Below are positions 14,594-23,697 of a DNA stretch of 26,910 bases, one piece after another (position 1 is the stretch's first letter; every line of letters starts with the position of its first letter). A model generated the notes under the pieces. That model was not told where the DNA came from. It searched no databases and saw nothing but the letters and a program-made list of their open reading frames with translations. The translations under genes were made by a program, and so were the position numbers. This DNA is from a virus (Duplodnaviria > Caudoviricetes), in the IMG/VR virus record IMGVR_UViG_3300027815_000019, positions 1 to 26,910 of that record; one strand, given 5' to 3'.

Positions 14594-14755
14594 ATGGCGT
14601 TTCTGCTTGACCCCAAGATTTTCAACTACCTCATCATGTCGCTGTACGTGTTGACCGCCGGCCGGTGGGCGCTCAGCGGAAGTTGGGCCGACGTGAGCTA
14701 TTGGTTGTCGGCGTTCGCGATCACCGCGACGGTGACGTGGGGCTACACGCGTTGA
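14594..14755 (+). CDS. Small two-helix membrane protein (53 aa; not in the ORF track)
   Basis: Own translation: MAFLLDPKIFNYLIMSLYVLTAGRWALSGSWADVSYWLSAFAITATVTWGYTR. Confidence 0.65.
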   Translation: MAFLLDPKIFNYLIMSLYVLTAGRWALSGSWADVSYWLSAFAITATVTWGYTR

Positions 14756-14861
14756 GCGAAGTGTCTAATACGTAGACTTTTGGAGAAAGACAACGTAGAT
14801 TATCCAACGGCCCGAGCACCCGCGCCTCGCCAGCGGCCGCCCATCATCAAGGTAGACCCCG

Positions 14862-16346
14862 TTGGCACAGCCGCCGCCCTATAATCGTCAGTTCAACTTC
14901 CAGAATCAGCAGGCGTTGACTCCGGCGACGCCCCTGCTGGCCGACAAAGTCGATCTGGAATACAACTCGATCAAGATCACGATCGACCAGCTACTGGCGA
15001 AGCTCGCGCTCCTTCAGGCCGACGACGGCACACTGGCGCCCTACATCGTCGGAACCGCACAACTGAGCCCGACGCTCAGCCTTGGCTTCACGCCGCCGGT
15101 CGCGTGGTCCACCGGCGTAAACTTTTCCGTCAACGCTACGGTGTTCTTCGCGGCGAAGCTGTATATTTGCAAGATCGCGCACCTGTCCGGCTCGTTCACC
15201 GACGACCTGGCTGCTGTGCGCTGGTCGCTGCTCGCGGACTTCGTCGCTGCGGTGAACAGCGCTATCAACATCGCGTTTTCGCCGGCTGGAACGATCGTCG
15301 CCACCACCGTCCAGGCAGCGATCACCGAACTCGACAACGAAACGCAGACCGCGCTTACCGCGCGAGCGCCGGCCGCTGGTGAATATATCGTAGCGGCCGC
15401 CCATGCAGACTTGACTGCCGAGCGTGTCGCTACGAACACCCCAACGATCTCGTGGGACGTAAGCGTAGCGGCGCAGGCCAAGGCGAACATCATTGACGCG
15501 AGCGTGACGGCTGCGAAGTTGCAGGACGCCGCGGTGTCGGCGGTGAAGCTTGGCACCGATGCCGTAACGACCGCGAAGATTCTTGACGCGAACGTCACGG
15601 CGGCGAAGCTCGCGGCCGATGCGGTGACGACCGCGAAGATTCTCGATGCGAACGTCACGGCGGCGAAGCTCGCGGCCGATGCGGTGACGACCGCGAAGAT
15701 TCTTGACGCGAACGTCACGGCGGCGAAGCTCGCGGCGGACGCAAAGACACTACCTACTCGTCAAGTTTTATTGAGTGGAGGGGCAGCAACATATACAACC
15801 CCGGCGGGCTGCCGGCAGCTTCGTGTTCGCATGGTTGGCAGCGGTGGCGGCGGCGGCGCTGCGATCACCAATAATGGCGCTAATGGTGCCGCTACTATTT
15901 TCAATGCCATAAACGCTAATCCCGGTTCCGGTGGCGGCTCCGGCGGCGCAAGCGGCGCAAGCGGCGGCGCCGGCGGCTCCGGCGGCGGTGGTGCTGCGTC
16001 TTTTAGGATGGCAGGCAATCCGGGGCCAGCTTGGGCCAACGCCGCTGCGGCTGGTGTCAGCGGCTTCGGCGGGTCCAGCGTGTTTGGTGGTTCCGGCGGC
16101 TCGGTCCGCAGCTCTGCGGGCGCGGCGGCGGTGGCAAACTCCGGTTCTGGTGGTGGTGGCGGGGGAGGCGGCGACAACCAGCTTGGCGCCGGCGGGGGAG
16201 CGGGAGAATATGTCGAGTTAATCATCAACAGTCCCGCGGCAACATACATTTACACCGTGCCCGCTGGCGGCGCCGGTGGCGCGGCGGGTGTCCAGGCGGG
16301 AGGTAACGGCGGGAGCGGGATAATTATCATTGATGAGTTTTACTGA
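14862..16346 (+). CDS. Tail fibre-like virion protein with VTxAK(L/I) repeats and a glycine-rich C-terminal domain
   Basis: TTG start after AAGGT. 10-aa repeats VTTAKILDAN/VTAAKLAADA. Gly-rich domain GGGGGG...GGSGIIIIDEFY. Confidence 0.75.
   Translation: MAQPPPYNRQFNFQNQQALTPATPLLADKVDLEYNSIKITIDQLLAKLALLQADDGTLAPYIVGTAQLSPTLSLGFTPPVAWSTGVNFSVNATVFFAAKLYICKIAHLSGSFTDDLAAVRWSLLADFVAAVNSAINIAFSPAGTIVATTVQAAITELDNETQTALTARAPAAGEYIVAAAHADLTAERVATNTPTISWDVSVAAQAKANIIDASVTAAKLQDAAVSAVKLGTDAVTTAKILDANVTAAKLAADAVTTAKILDANVTAAKLAADAVTTAKILDANVTAAKLAADAKTLPTRQVLLSGGAATYTTPAGCRQLRVRMVGSGGGGGAAITNNGANGAATIFNAINANPGSGGGSGGASGASGGAGGSGGGGAASFRMAGNPGPAWANAAAAGVSGFGGSSVFGGSGGSVRSSAGAAAVANSGSGGGGGGGGDNQLGAGGGAGEYVELIINSPAATYIYTVPAGGAGGAAGVQAGGNGGSGIIIIDEFY
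15541..15742. repeat. 60-bp tandem repeat (~3.3 units, coding)
   Basis: Near-identical units start at 15541, 15601 and 15661, with a partial unit at 15721. Confidence 0.9.
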
Positions 16347-16686
16347 CGTGTCCGGCGGCATCAACCAGGTTTCGGAAGCAGTCGGTCAGCTTCGCGCGCA
16401 GATCACATCGTTGCATGGGCAAGCGAACGCCGCGCAGCGGCAGCTCGACCGCATGGACGATAAGATGGACGACTTGAATCTGCGCATGGCAGGTGTCGTG
16501 CGCGCCATCGGCGATATGATAGCCGACAGCAAAGAGGATCGCGGGCGTTTGGCCGCGGTAGAGATTGGCGTCGCCGACTACTACTTAGTGCGGCGCTTCG
16601 GCCTTTGGATCGGCGGCGTCTTCGCGACCGTCGTGCCGGCAGGTGTTTTTGCTTTACTGAATTGGTTGTCTAATAGGGAGGTTTGA
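16333..16686 (+). CDS. Coiled-coil protein with a C-terminal transmembrane helix (holin/XhlA-like architecture)
   Basis: Heptad-rich N-terminus followed by FGLWIGGVFATVVPAGVFALLNWL. Start is 16333 or GTG 16348. Confidence 0.6.
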   Translation: MSFTDVSGGINQVSEAVGQLRAQITSLHGQANAAQRQLDRMDDKMDDLNLRMAGVVRAIGDMIADSKEDRGRLAAVEIGVADYYLVRRFGLWIGGVFATVVPAGVFALLNWLSNREV

Positions 16687-18011
16687 TGCCAAAACATGCA
16701 GGTGGCAAACGCAAGCCAATAACTGACTCGGACATACGGCGCTGCGTCAAGCTGCGCGCCGCCGGAAAGTCCATTCAGCAGATAGCCGACGACACTGGAT
16801 GGACGCGCGGTCAGGTGCGCGAGCGGTTCAAAGCTGCGCACCGTGTAGAAAGTAGCGAAACTGTGGTAGCGACAATCGTCGGCTATCGCAAAGACGGCAC
16901 CGGATACAAGCCCGGCGGCGATGCGAAGGACCGCGAGATAATCCGGCTGCGCGATGAGAAAGCGCGGCTTGAGCGTGAGCTGAAGGAACAGCACCGCAGC
17001 AACATCGGCGAAAGCGAAGTGTCGCGTATGCTCGGCGTGCTCGCATCGGCGCCGAAAGACCCGCCCCCCTGGCTGGTCGACGCCACGAAGCGGCGCACCG
17101 GCGCGACGCCGGAAGTCCCGGTCTGCACGTTCGCCGACTGGCACGCCGGCGAGGTTGTGTCGCGCGCCGAACTTAATGGGGTAAACGAATACAACATGGA
17201 TATCATGGAGAAGCGCGCTCGCCGGCTGGTCGAGCGCGTGATCTCGCTCGCTAAAGAGTACGGTCCGGGCACGTATCCCGGCGCCGTAGTTAACCTTGTC
17301 GGCGACTTCGTGTCCGGCGGACTGCACGACGAACTCCTGAAGACCGACGAATGCGAGATTCTTCCGCAAGTGCTGCGCGTGCGCGACGTGCTGCATTGGG
17401 CGCTCGGGCAGATGGCGGATGCGTTCGGCCACATTTATGTTCCGTGTGTCGCTGGCAACCACGGCCGCGGCACCGCGCGGCCGGAATTCAAAAGGTACGT
17501 CTACAAGAACTTCGACTGGCTGATCTATAAGCTGTTGCAGCGGGATTTTGCGCGCGATGATCGCGTGCAGTTCGACATCCGGCCGTCGAACGAAGTGCTC
17601 TACCGCGTCTTCGGGCAGCGTTACTTCCTGATGCACGGCGATATGCTCGGCGTAAAGGGCGGCGACGGCATCATTGGGTCGATCGGGCCGATCATGCGCG
17701 GAGAGGTCAAGGTCCGCGGCTACGCCGACACCGCGCGCATGGCGTACGACATGCTCGTGCTCGGGCATTTTCATCAAGAGTTGTGGCTGCCACGGGCGAT
17801 TGTATCGAACTGTTTGAAGGGGCCTTGCGAATATGGCAAGAACCAGTTGCGCGCATCTCCCTCTGAGCCGGCGCAATCACTTTGGTTTGTTCACCCAAGG
17901 TACGGCATCACGTCGCGGTGGAGCGTCAAGGTGGGCGACCAGCCATTGGCGGCCGGCGCGGCGGCAATGCCGTGGGTGTCGGTGTTCGATCCGGGGAAGG
18001 AGGCAGCGTGA
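16686..18011 (+). CDS. HTH + coiled coil + calcineurin-like metallophosphoesterase
   Basis: GKSIQQIADDTGWTRGQV (HTH). ADWH, GDFVSG, GNHG, HGD and GHFH motifs. TGATG coupling. Confidence 0.85.
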   Translation: MPKHAGGKRKPITDSDIRRCVKLRAAGKSIQQIADDTGWTRGQVRERFKAAHRVESSETVVATIVGYRKDGTGYKPGGDAKDREIIRLRDEKARLERELKEQHRSNIGESEVSRMLGVLASAPKDPPPWLVDATKRRTGATPEVPVCTFADWHAGEVVSRAELNGVNEYNMDIMEKRARRLVERVISLAKEYGPGTYPGAVVNLVGDFVSGGLHDELLKTDECEILPQVLRVRDVLHWALGQMADAFGHIYVPCVAGNHGRGTARPEFKRYVYKNFDWLIYKLLQRDFARDDRVQFDIRPSNEVLYRVFGQRYFLMHGDMLGVKGGDGIIGSIGPIMRGEVKVRGYADTARMAYDMLVLGHFHQELWLPRAIVSNCLKGPCEYGKNQLRASPSEPAQSLWFVHPRYGITSRWSVKVGDQPLAAGAAAMPWVSVFDPGKEAA

Positions 18012-18184
18012 CCGATCCGCGCAAAGCGAAGACACTTGAGGAGGCGTGCGCCAACGGTGACGGCACGTACGACGGCGCGCGGCTGCTGTCGTGGCTGTCG
18101 GAAGCGCTGCATCCTGGTGAGGGCGCGTCGGAGGACGAAGTAAAATGTGTTTTTGAGTATGTGAAAGCGAAAACGGCAAAGTGA
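18008..18184 (+). CDS. Hypothetical protein (58 aa)
   Basis: GTGA overlaps at both ends. RBS GGAGG. Confidence 0.6.
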   Translation: MTDPRKAKTLEEACANGDGTYDGARLLSWLSEALHPGEGASEDEVKCVFEYVKAKTAK

Positions 18185-19821
18185 CCGAACAGCTAACCGA
18201 TATCGACACGCAGATTCGCGCCGTCCGCCGTATCCTGGCGGCGAAGGAAGCGCACGCGAGCCTGTTCAAGTTCATGCACTTCATGATCGCCGATCAGGTC
18301 GATCCCGACGACTCCACGATTTCGGAGTATCAGGACACTCGCCACGGCCGGCTGCTATGCGACCTGATCGAGCGCATCGAGCGCGGCGAGACGCGCAAGG
18401 CCGCCGTGTCAATTCCCCCGCAGCACGGCAAGACGTGGCATACATCGATCTACGGCGCGGCGTGGATTCTTGGACGTAAGCCACGAGCCAAGATAATTGT
18501 CGCGACCTATAACGAGACCCGCGCCGACGAACTCGGCGCGATGTTCCGCCGCGTGGTCTTGTCGCCGCAGTTCCGCCAGGTGTTCCCCGACTTCGAGTTG
18601 GAGACCGGCTCGAAGTCCAAGTCGGCGATGACGACAACCAAGGCTGGTACGATATTCTTTGTCGGCGCCGGCGGCACCGTCACGGGACGCGGCGCGGACT
18701 ACTTTTTCATCGACGACCCGATCAAGGACGACAAGGAGGTCCAGTCGCCGGCCTACCGCGAGGAGATGTGGCGCTGGTTCTTCTCGGTCGCCTATTCGCG
18801 CGGCTCGAAGAAGACCAGGTTCCTTGTCGTCCACACCCGCTGGAATTTCGACGACCTGATCGGCCGGTTGTGCGACCCGGCGCATCCGGAGCGCAACAAA
18901 CGATTCATCGGCATCGCCGACGACTGGTCGTATCTCAACATCTCCGGCGTCATTCAGGACAAGGGCCTCGCAGATGCTCTCGGGCTGCACCTGACGGCGC
19001 AGACCGACCCTACCGTCATCCGCGCGTTCGGCAGCAAGCCGATGGTCGCGCTGTGGGAGGAAGACAAAGACCTTCCGCACTTCGCGCGCTGGAAGCTTGG
19101 CGAGCCGGAGACGTTCAATGCACTGGTCATGGGCCGCCCCGGCCAGGATGACGGCGATTACTTCAAGGCCGACTGGCTGGTCGAGTATGACCTGCACGAA
19201 TTGCCGGACAACCTTGTGAAGTATGGCGCGTCGGACCATGCGGTGTCGGTTAAGCAGGGACGCGACTACACTGTGCTCGGTTGCGTCGGGCTTGACGAGC
19301 GCGACACTATTTGGGTTATGCCGGACATCGTTTGGGAACGCATGGAGACCGACCGCACGGTCGAGGAGCTGCTGCTGCAAATGAAGACCCACGATCCGGC
19401 GTATTGGTGGATGGAGTCCGAGCTCATTTCCAAGTCTTTCGGCCCGTTTCTACACAAGCGGATGGACGAGGACCGAGTCTATGTTCCGGTTGATCCGGTG
19501 GTGCCGTCGAAGGACAAGCGTACGCGGGCGCGGGCCATCCAAGGGCGCCTTGCGTCGAAAAAGGTCCGTTTTCCGCGCTTCGCGCCGTGGTGGCAGAGCG
19601 CAAAACAGCAGATTTTGCAATTCGATAAGGGTCCGAACGACGACTTCGTGGACTGGCTGTCGTGGATCGGGCTCGGGCTGGTCAAGCAGCACAAGCCCTC
19701 GACCGAAGTGTCGAAAGATGATAATAATGTCGTTCGCGTTGGTTCCATAAACTGGATTCTGCGGCAGACCGCCGTCCGGACCAGGCGTGAAAAGCGCGAA
19801 CGGAGCGCGGCCGGATGGTAG
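18181..19821 (+). CDS. terL: Terminase large subunit
   Basis: PPQHGKT (Walker A), GRGADYFFIDDPIKD (Walker B), HTRW, ASDHA, DYT and NDDFVD (nuclease). Confidence 0.95.
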   Translation: MTEQLTDIDTQIRAVRRILAAKEAHASLFKFMHFMIADQVDPDDSTISEYQDTRHGRLLCDLIERIERGETRKAAVSIPPQHGKTWHTSIYGAAWILGRKPRAKIIVATYNETRADELGAMFRRVVLSPQFRQVFPDFELETGSKSKSAMTTTKAGTIFFVGAGGTVTGRGADYFFIDDPIKDDKEVQSPAYREEMWRWFFSVAYSRGSKKTRFLVVHTRWNFDDLIGRLCDPAHPERNKRFIGIADDWSYLNISGVIQDKGLADALGLHLTAQTDPTVIRAFGSKPMVALWEEDKDLPHFARWKLGEPETFNALVMGRPGQDDGDYFKADWLVEYDLHELPDNLVKYGASDHAVSVKQGRDYTVLGCVGLDERDTIWVMPDIVWERMETDRTVEELLLQMKTHDPAYWWMESELISKSFGPFLHKRMDEDRVYVPVDPVVPSKDKRTRARAIQGRLASKKVRFPRFAPWWQSAKQQILQFDKGPNDDFVDWLSWIGLGLVKQHKPSTEVSKDDNNVVRVGSINWILRQTAVRTRREKRERSAAGW

Positions 19822-21968
19822 GCGAGTCGCCCACGACAGAGTTCAAGGACGCGCCGCGGGCTGCCGAGGCGCGAACAGGCGACTCGTATTCCGGCGACAA
19901 GCCGGACGTGCCGGAGGCGCGCAAGAACCTCGTCAACGAGTGGCTTGAGAAGATTAAGAAGGCCGCGAAGCACCACAAGCCTGCGTTCGACCGCATGGAT
20001 AAGTGTATGAAGATCGCGGTCGATGGCACCGCGGAGAAGACGTGGGTCGACGGCGACAGTTACGTCGTGCCGATCGTCAACCGCCACATCAACCAGTGCG
20101 TTTCACAGCTTTACGCCAAGGATCCGCGATTGCTCGCGAGCCGGCGCAAGAAGCTGATGTTCCAGCTTTGGGACGGCGACCCGAACACCTACCAGGCGGC
20201 GCTTGTGGCAACACAGCAGCCGACGATGATCGATCCGGCTGGCAACCAGCAAGCGCCCGATCCAATGTGGCAGCCGGACCCGAACGCGGCCGCGCTCGTG
20301 CAGGAAGTGCAGCAGGCACAGGAATATATCGCTCGCGTCGACAAGATCGGCAAGTCGGTAGAGCTTCTGTGGAGATACTTCACCGCCGAGCAGGCGAACG
20401 GTTTCAAGCAGCAGATGAAGGCGCTGGTCCGGCGCACGAAGGTCTGCGGCGCCGGCTACGTCGAACTGGCGTTCCAGCGCGATTTGGAGCGCAGCCCGGA
20501 GATCGACGCGCAGATCGACGATGCGACCGATCAGGTCAAGAAGATCGCCGCCGGCATGGAGGCCGCGGAAGCCGGAAAGATTGAGGAAGATTCCGCGCGA
20601 GCGGAGGAGTTGCGGTTGCTCATTGAGCAGTTGCAGCGGCAGGTCGAGGTCATCGCCCGCGAGGGGCCGCTATTCGACTTCCCGCGCTCCAAGGACATCA
20701 TCGTCGACCTTGACTGCAAGCACCTGAAGACGTTCACCGGCGCGCGATGGGTCGCGCGCAAGTTCGACAAGACGCCGGAGAAGGTGAAGACGGACTACGG
20801 CGTCGACATAACCGGCTGTTTTACCGCGCACAAGCCGGCTGACGGCGACAAGAACTCCGAAAAGGCGAAGTCGCTGGCGCGGCTCTATCGTGTGCAGGAC
20901 AAGGAGAACGGGCAGGTCTTCGTCGTGTGCGAAGGCTACCACGATTTTATCGTCGCGCCGAAGGAACCGGACGTCAAGATCGAGCGGTTCTGGACGACGT
21001 TCCCGCTCGTGTTCAACGAGGTCGAGAGCGAAGACGACCTATATCCCCCGTCCGACGTGTGGCTGCTGCGGCACCCGCAGGCAGAGATGAACCGCTCGCG
21101 CGAGTCGCTGCGAGAGCACCGGATGGCTAACCGGCCGAAGTACGCCGCCGCTAAAGGCGCGCTGGAAAAGACCGACAAGGATTTGCTGGCGACCGCGCCG
21201 GCGCACTCCATCCTGGAATTGAAGTCGATCAAGCCGGGGCAGGACGTCAATCAGCTTTTGATGGCGATCAAGGGGGCACCGATCGATCCGAACTTGTATG
21301 ACGTCAGCCCGTTCTACATGGACGTGCTGCGCGGTGTCGGCACGCAGGAAGCCAACCTTGGCGGCACGTCCGACTCTACCGCGACCGAGAGTTCGATCGC
21401 CGAGCAGTCGCGCAATGCGTCGCTGGCGGACAATGTGGATGATCTCGACGACCTGTTGACGGAATTGGGCCGCGGCTTCGGCCAGCTTTGTTTGATGGAG
21501 CTATCACAGGATACGGTCGCGGAGATCGTTGGGCCAGGCGCTACGTGGCCCGGCCTGCAAGGCGGCCGCGAGCAGATCGTCAAGGATTTGATGCTTGATA
21601 TTCAGGGCGGCTCGTCCGGCCGGCCGAACAAGGCCGCCGAACTCGCCAACATGGAGCGCGGCATCCCGTACCTGCTTCAGATGCCGGGCGTCAATCCGAA
21701 GGTGCTGGTGCGCAAGTACACGGCGCTGCTCGACATGGATGCCGACGAGATTTCAGCCGAAGGGCTTCCGTCGATCACTGCGCTCAACGCGCTCGCCAGT
21801 AAGGCGGCCGCGGGCGGCGGCGATCCGAATGACCCGAAGGCGCAAGGGCCGCAAGGTTCGCAGAATACCAAGGGGCCGCAGCAGAACGAGAACGAGCCAG
21901 GCGGGCAGCCGGCGTATCCGGTCATGGACTTTGACCAGATGGGCAACCGCGTTGGGGCGGCGGCATGA
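19815..21968 (+). CDS. Portal protein
   Basis: 717 aa immediately after terL; TATESSI motif and helical content typical of P22/podovirus-like portals. Confidence 0.8.
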   Translation: MVGESPTTEFKDAPRAAEARTGDSYSGDKPDVPEARKNLVNEWLEKIKKAAKHHKPAFDRMDKCMKIAVDGTAEKTWVDGDSYVVPIVNRHINQCVSQLYAKDPRLLASRRKKLMFQLWDGDPNTYQAALVATQQPTMIDPAGNQQAPDPMWQPDPNAAALVQEVQQAQEYIARVDKIGKSVELLWRYFTAEQANGFKQQMKALVRRTKVCGAGYVELAFQRDLERSPEIDAQIDDATDQVKKIAAGMEAAEAGKIEEDSARAEELRLLIEQLQRQVEVIAREGPLFDFPRSKDIIVDLDCKHLKTFTGARWVARKFDKTPEKVKTDYGVDITGCFTAHKPADGDKNSEKAKSLARLYRVQDKENGQVFVVCEGYHDFIVAPKEPDVKIERFWTTFPLVFNEVESEDDLYPPSDVWLLRHPQAEMNRSRESLREHRMANRPKYAAAKGALEKTDKDLLATAPAHSILELKSIKPGQDVNQLLMAIKGAPIDPNLYDVSPFYMDVLRGVGTQEANLGGTSDSTATESSIAEQSRNASLADNVDDLDDLLTELGRGFGQLCLMELSQDTVAEIVGPGATWPGLQGGREQIVKDLMLDIQGGSSGRPNKAAELANMERGIPYLLQMPGVNPKVLVRKYTALLDMDADEISAEGLPSITALNALASKAAAGGGDPNDPKAQGPQGSQNTKGPQQNENEPGGQPAYPVMDFDQMGNRVGAAA

Positions 21969-22375
21969 AGATCGCGCGCATCCACAACGAGCAGGGCGAG
22001 CCGCAGGAGTTCAACTTCCCGCCGGAGACCGGGGACGGCGCCATTCAGGCGTTCGTTCGCAAGCAACTCGGGCTTCCCGACATGGAGATGATCGGGAAGG
22101 ACGGCGCGAACGTCGCTGCGCTGCAAGGGGTGGCTTCAGCACTGACCGAGCTGGCGCGGCAGCAGGCAATGGGCGCGCAGACAAACATGGCCGTCGCGGA
22201 GCAGTCCGCTCGCGCGATGATGCAGGCCATCAACATGCTGGCCGAGGTCGCTACGCGCTTGGAGACGCAGACGCAACGCCTTGAGCGCGCGCTGATGTCG
22301 CCGAAGCGGCTGGTCTACGACGCAAAAGGTAATTTAATCGGGATGACGCCGGGCGATCCGGGAGCCGGCGCATGA
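21965..22375 (+). CDS. Hypothetical coiled-coil protein
   Basis: ATGA coupling at both ends. C-terminal PKRLVYDAKGNLIG. Confidence 0.7.
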   Translation: MKIARIHNEQGEPQEFNFPPETGDGAIQAFVRKQLGLPDMEMIGKDGANVAALQGVASALTELARQQAMGAQTNMAVAEQSARAMMQAINMLAEVATRLETQTQRLERALMSPKRLVYDAKGNLIGMTPGDPGAGA

Positions 22376-23178
22376 CGATCCTAAAGGCGGGAATCACGGG
22401 CGGCAGAGAAACCCTGACCGCCAACCGCACGTACTACGTCCGCACGGACGGGTCGGACTCTAACACAGGCTTGGTGGACAGTGCAGGCGGCGCGTTCCTG
22501 ACCATCCAAAAAGGGATTGACGTGGCAGCGGCGCTCGATGCCGCGATTTACAACGTCACGGTTCAGATTAGAAATGGGACGTATACCGGGACAAACACGC
22601 TTAAGAGCTTTGTTGGTTCCGGCTATATGGAAATCAATGGCGACACGGCTACGCCCGCAAACGTCATCATTAGCGTTACTGGCGATAATTGCTTCACGAT
22701 GGGAACCGGGGAGGGGATTTTCTACCTGCGTGGCTTTCGGTTGCAGACGACGACCGCTGGCCACGGCATCGTGAACAATTCGTCGCGTGGCATTTTGTGG
22801 TTTGATAATATTGACTTTGGTGCCGTGCCTGCGGGTCACGCACATCTGCAACTTAGTGCGTCTAACACCCAAGCGACGGGGAATTATAGCATTAGTGGCG
22901 GAGCGGGGTATCACATCAACGCGGGGGAAGGTGCGCTAATCAACACCGCTGGCCGCACGGTTACTCTCACCGGAACGCCCGCGTTTGGCAGTGCGTTTAT
23001 ACAGGTGGCGAATCTTGCATTCGCGCTCGCTAACAGCATAACGTTCACAGGTGGGGCAACAGGCCCGAGGTTCATTACATCTGTCAACGGTGTTATCCAG
23101 ACGAACGGCGGGGGAGCGTCGTACTTCCCCGGCAATGCAGCCGGGACCGAAGAAACAGTCTATGACACTTACCGGTAA
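22372..23178 (+). CDS. Beta-helix-like fibre/spike or decoration domain protein
   Basis: TYYVRTDGSDSNTG...AFLTIQKG...GTY, an N-terminal motif common to phage fibre and pectin-lyase-like domains. Confidence 0.65.
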   Translation: MTILKAGITGGRETLTANRTYYVRTDGSDSNTGLVDSAGGAFLTIQKGIDVAAALDAAIYNVTVQIRNGTYTGTNTLKSFVGSGYMEINGDTATPANVIISVTGDNCFTMGTGEGIFYLRGFRLQTTTAGHGIVNNSSRGILWFDNIDFGAVPAGHAHLQLSASNTQATGNYSISGGAGYHINAGEGALINTAGRTVTLTGTPAFGSAFIQVANLAFALANSITFTGGATGPRFITSVNGVIQTNGGGASYFPGNAAGTEETVYDTYR

Positions 23179-23194
23179 CTCGTAAGGAGATCGC

Positions 23195-23584
23195 ATGGCT
23201 TACAGCGTTCAGAATTGGTATTGGAAGGTCGCTGGCGATGCGGCGCGGTTCTTTTCGAGCGCCACCGGCAACTATGTTCTGGCGAACGATCCGGCATTTG
23301 CTGCTTGGCTTGCAGTACCCGGCAACGTGCCCACGAACATCCTCAATGAGGCTGAACTTGGCGAAGTTCTTGCCGATGCAATTGTTCGCCCGCAAGGCAA
23401 CGGTATCCTCAATGGCTATCGGCGCAAGAATGCGCGAGACGCCATGCGGGGGCCACTTGGCAAGTATCTGTTCAAACTTGAGAACAGAACGCGCTCTATC
23501 GAGCGCCAACTTGTCCTTAACGGCAGCCCTCCGAACCTCACGACAGCGGCTCAGTTTATTGCCGCAGTGGACGGGGATATGTGA
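23195..23584 (+). CDS. Hypothetical protein, possible fibre chaperone
   Basis: RBS AAGGAG. NWYWKV...FFSSA...DPAFAAWL. Follows the fibre-like gene. Confidence 0.7.
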   Translation: MAYSVQNWYWKVAGDAARFFSSATGNYVLANDPAFAAWLAVPGNVPTNILNEAELGEVLADAIVRPQGNGILNGYRRKNARDAMRGPLGKYLFKLENRTRSIERQLVLNGSPPNLTTAAQFIAAVDGDM

Positions 23585-23694
23585 TGCGCAGCACTATCCG
23601 GCGTATTCTGTTGTGGCTGCTACGCGATCCTGGTGCCGTTACGGCCACACATGACCCGGCAGGATTGGATGAAATAAGACGGGGGCTTGCTTAG
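23584..23694 (+). CDS. Small hypothetical protein (36 aa)
   Basis: TGATG coupling. MRSTIRRILLWLLRDPGAVTATHDPAGLDEIRRGLA fills the gap exactly. Confidence 0.5.
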   Translation: MRSTIRRILLWLLRDPGAVTATHDPAGLDEIRRGLA

Positions 23695-23697
23695 GCC

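Noticed and set aside
16581-20087. Long antisense ORFs (e.g. 16581-17876, 18409-19392)
   Set aside because: Typical shadows of high-GC codon usage opposite well-supported genes, with no motifs or RBS.
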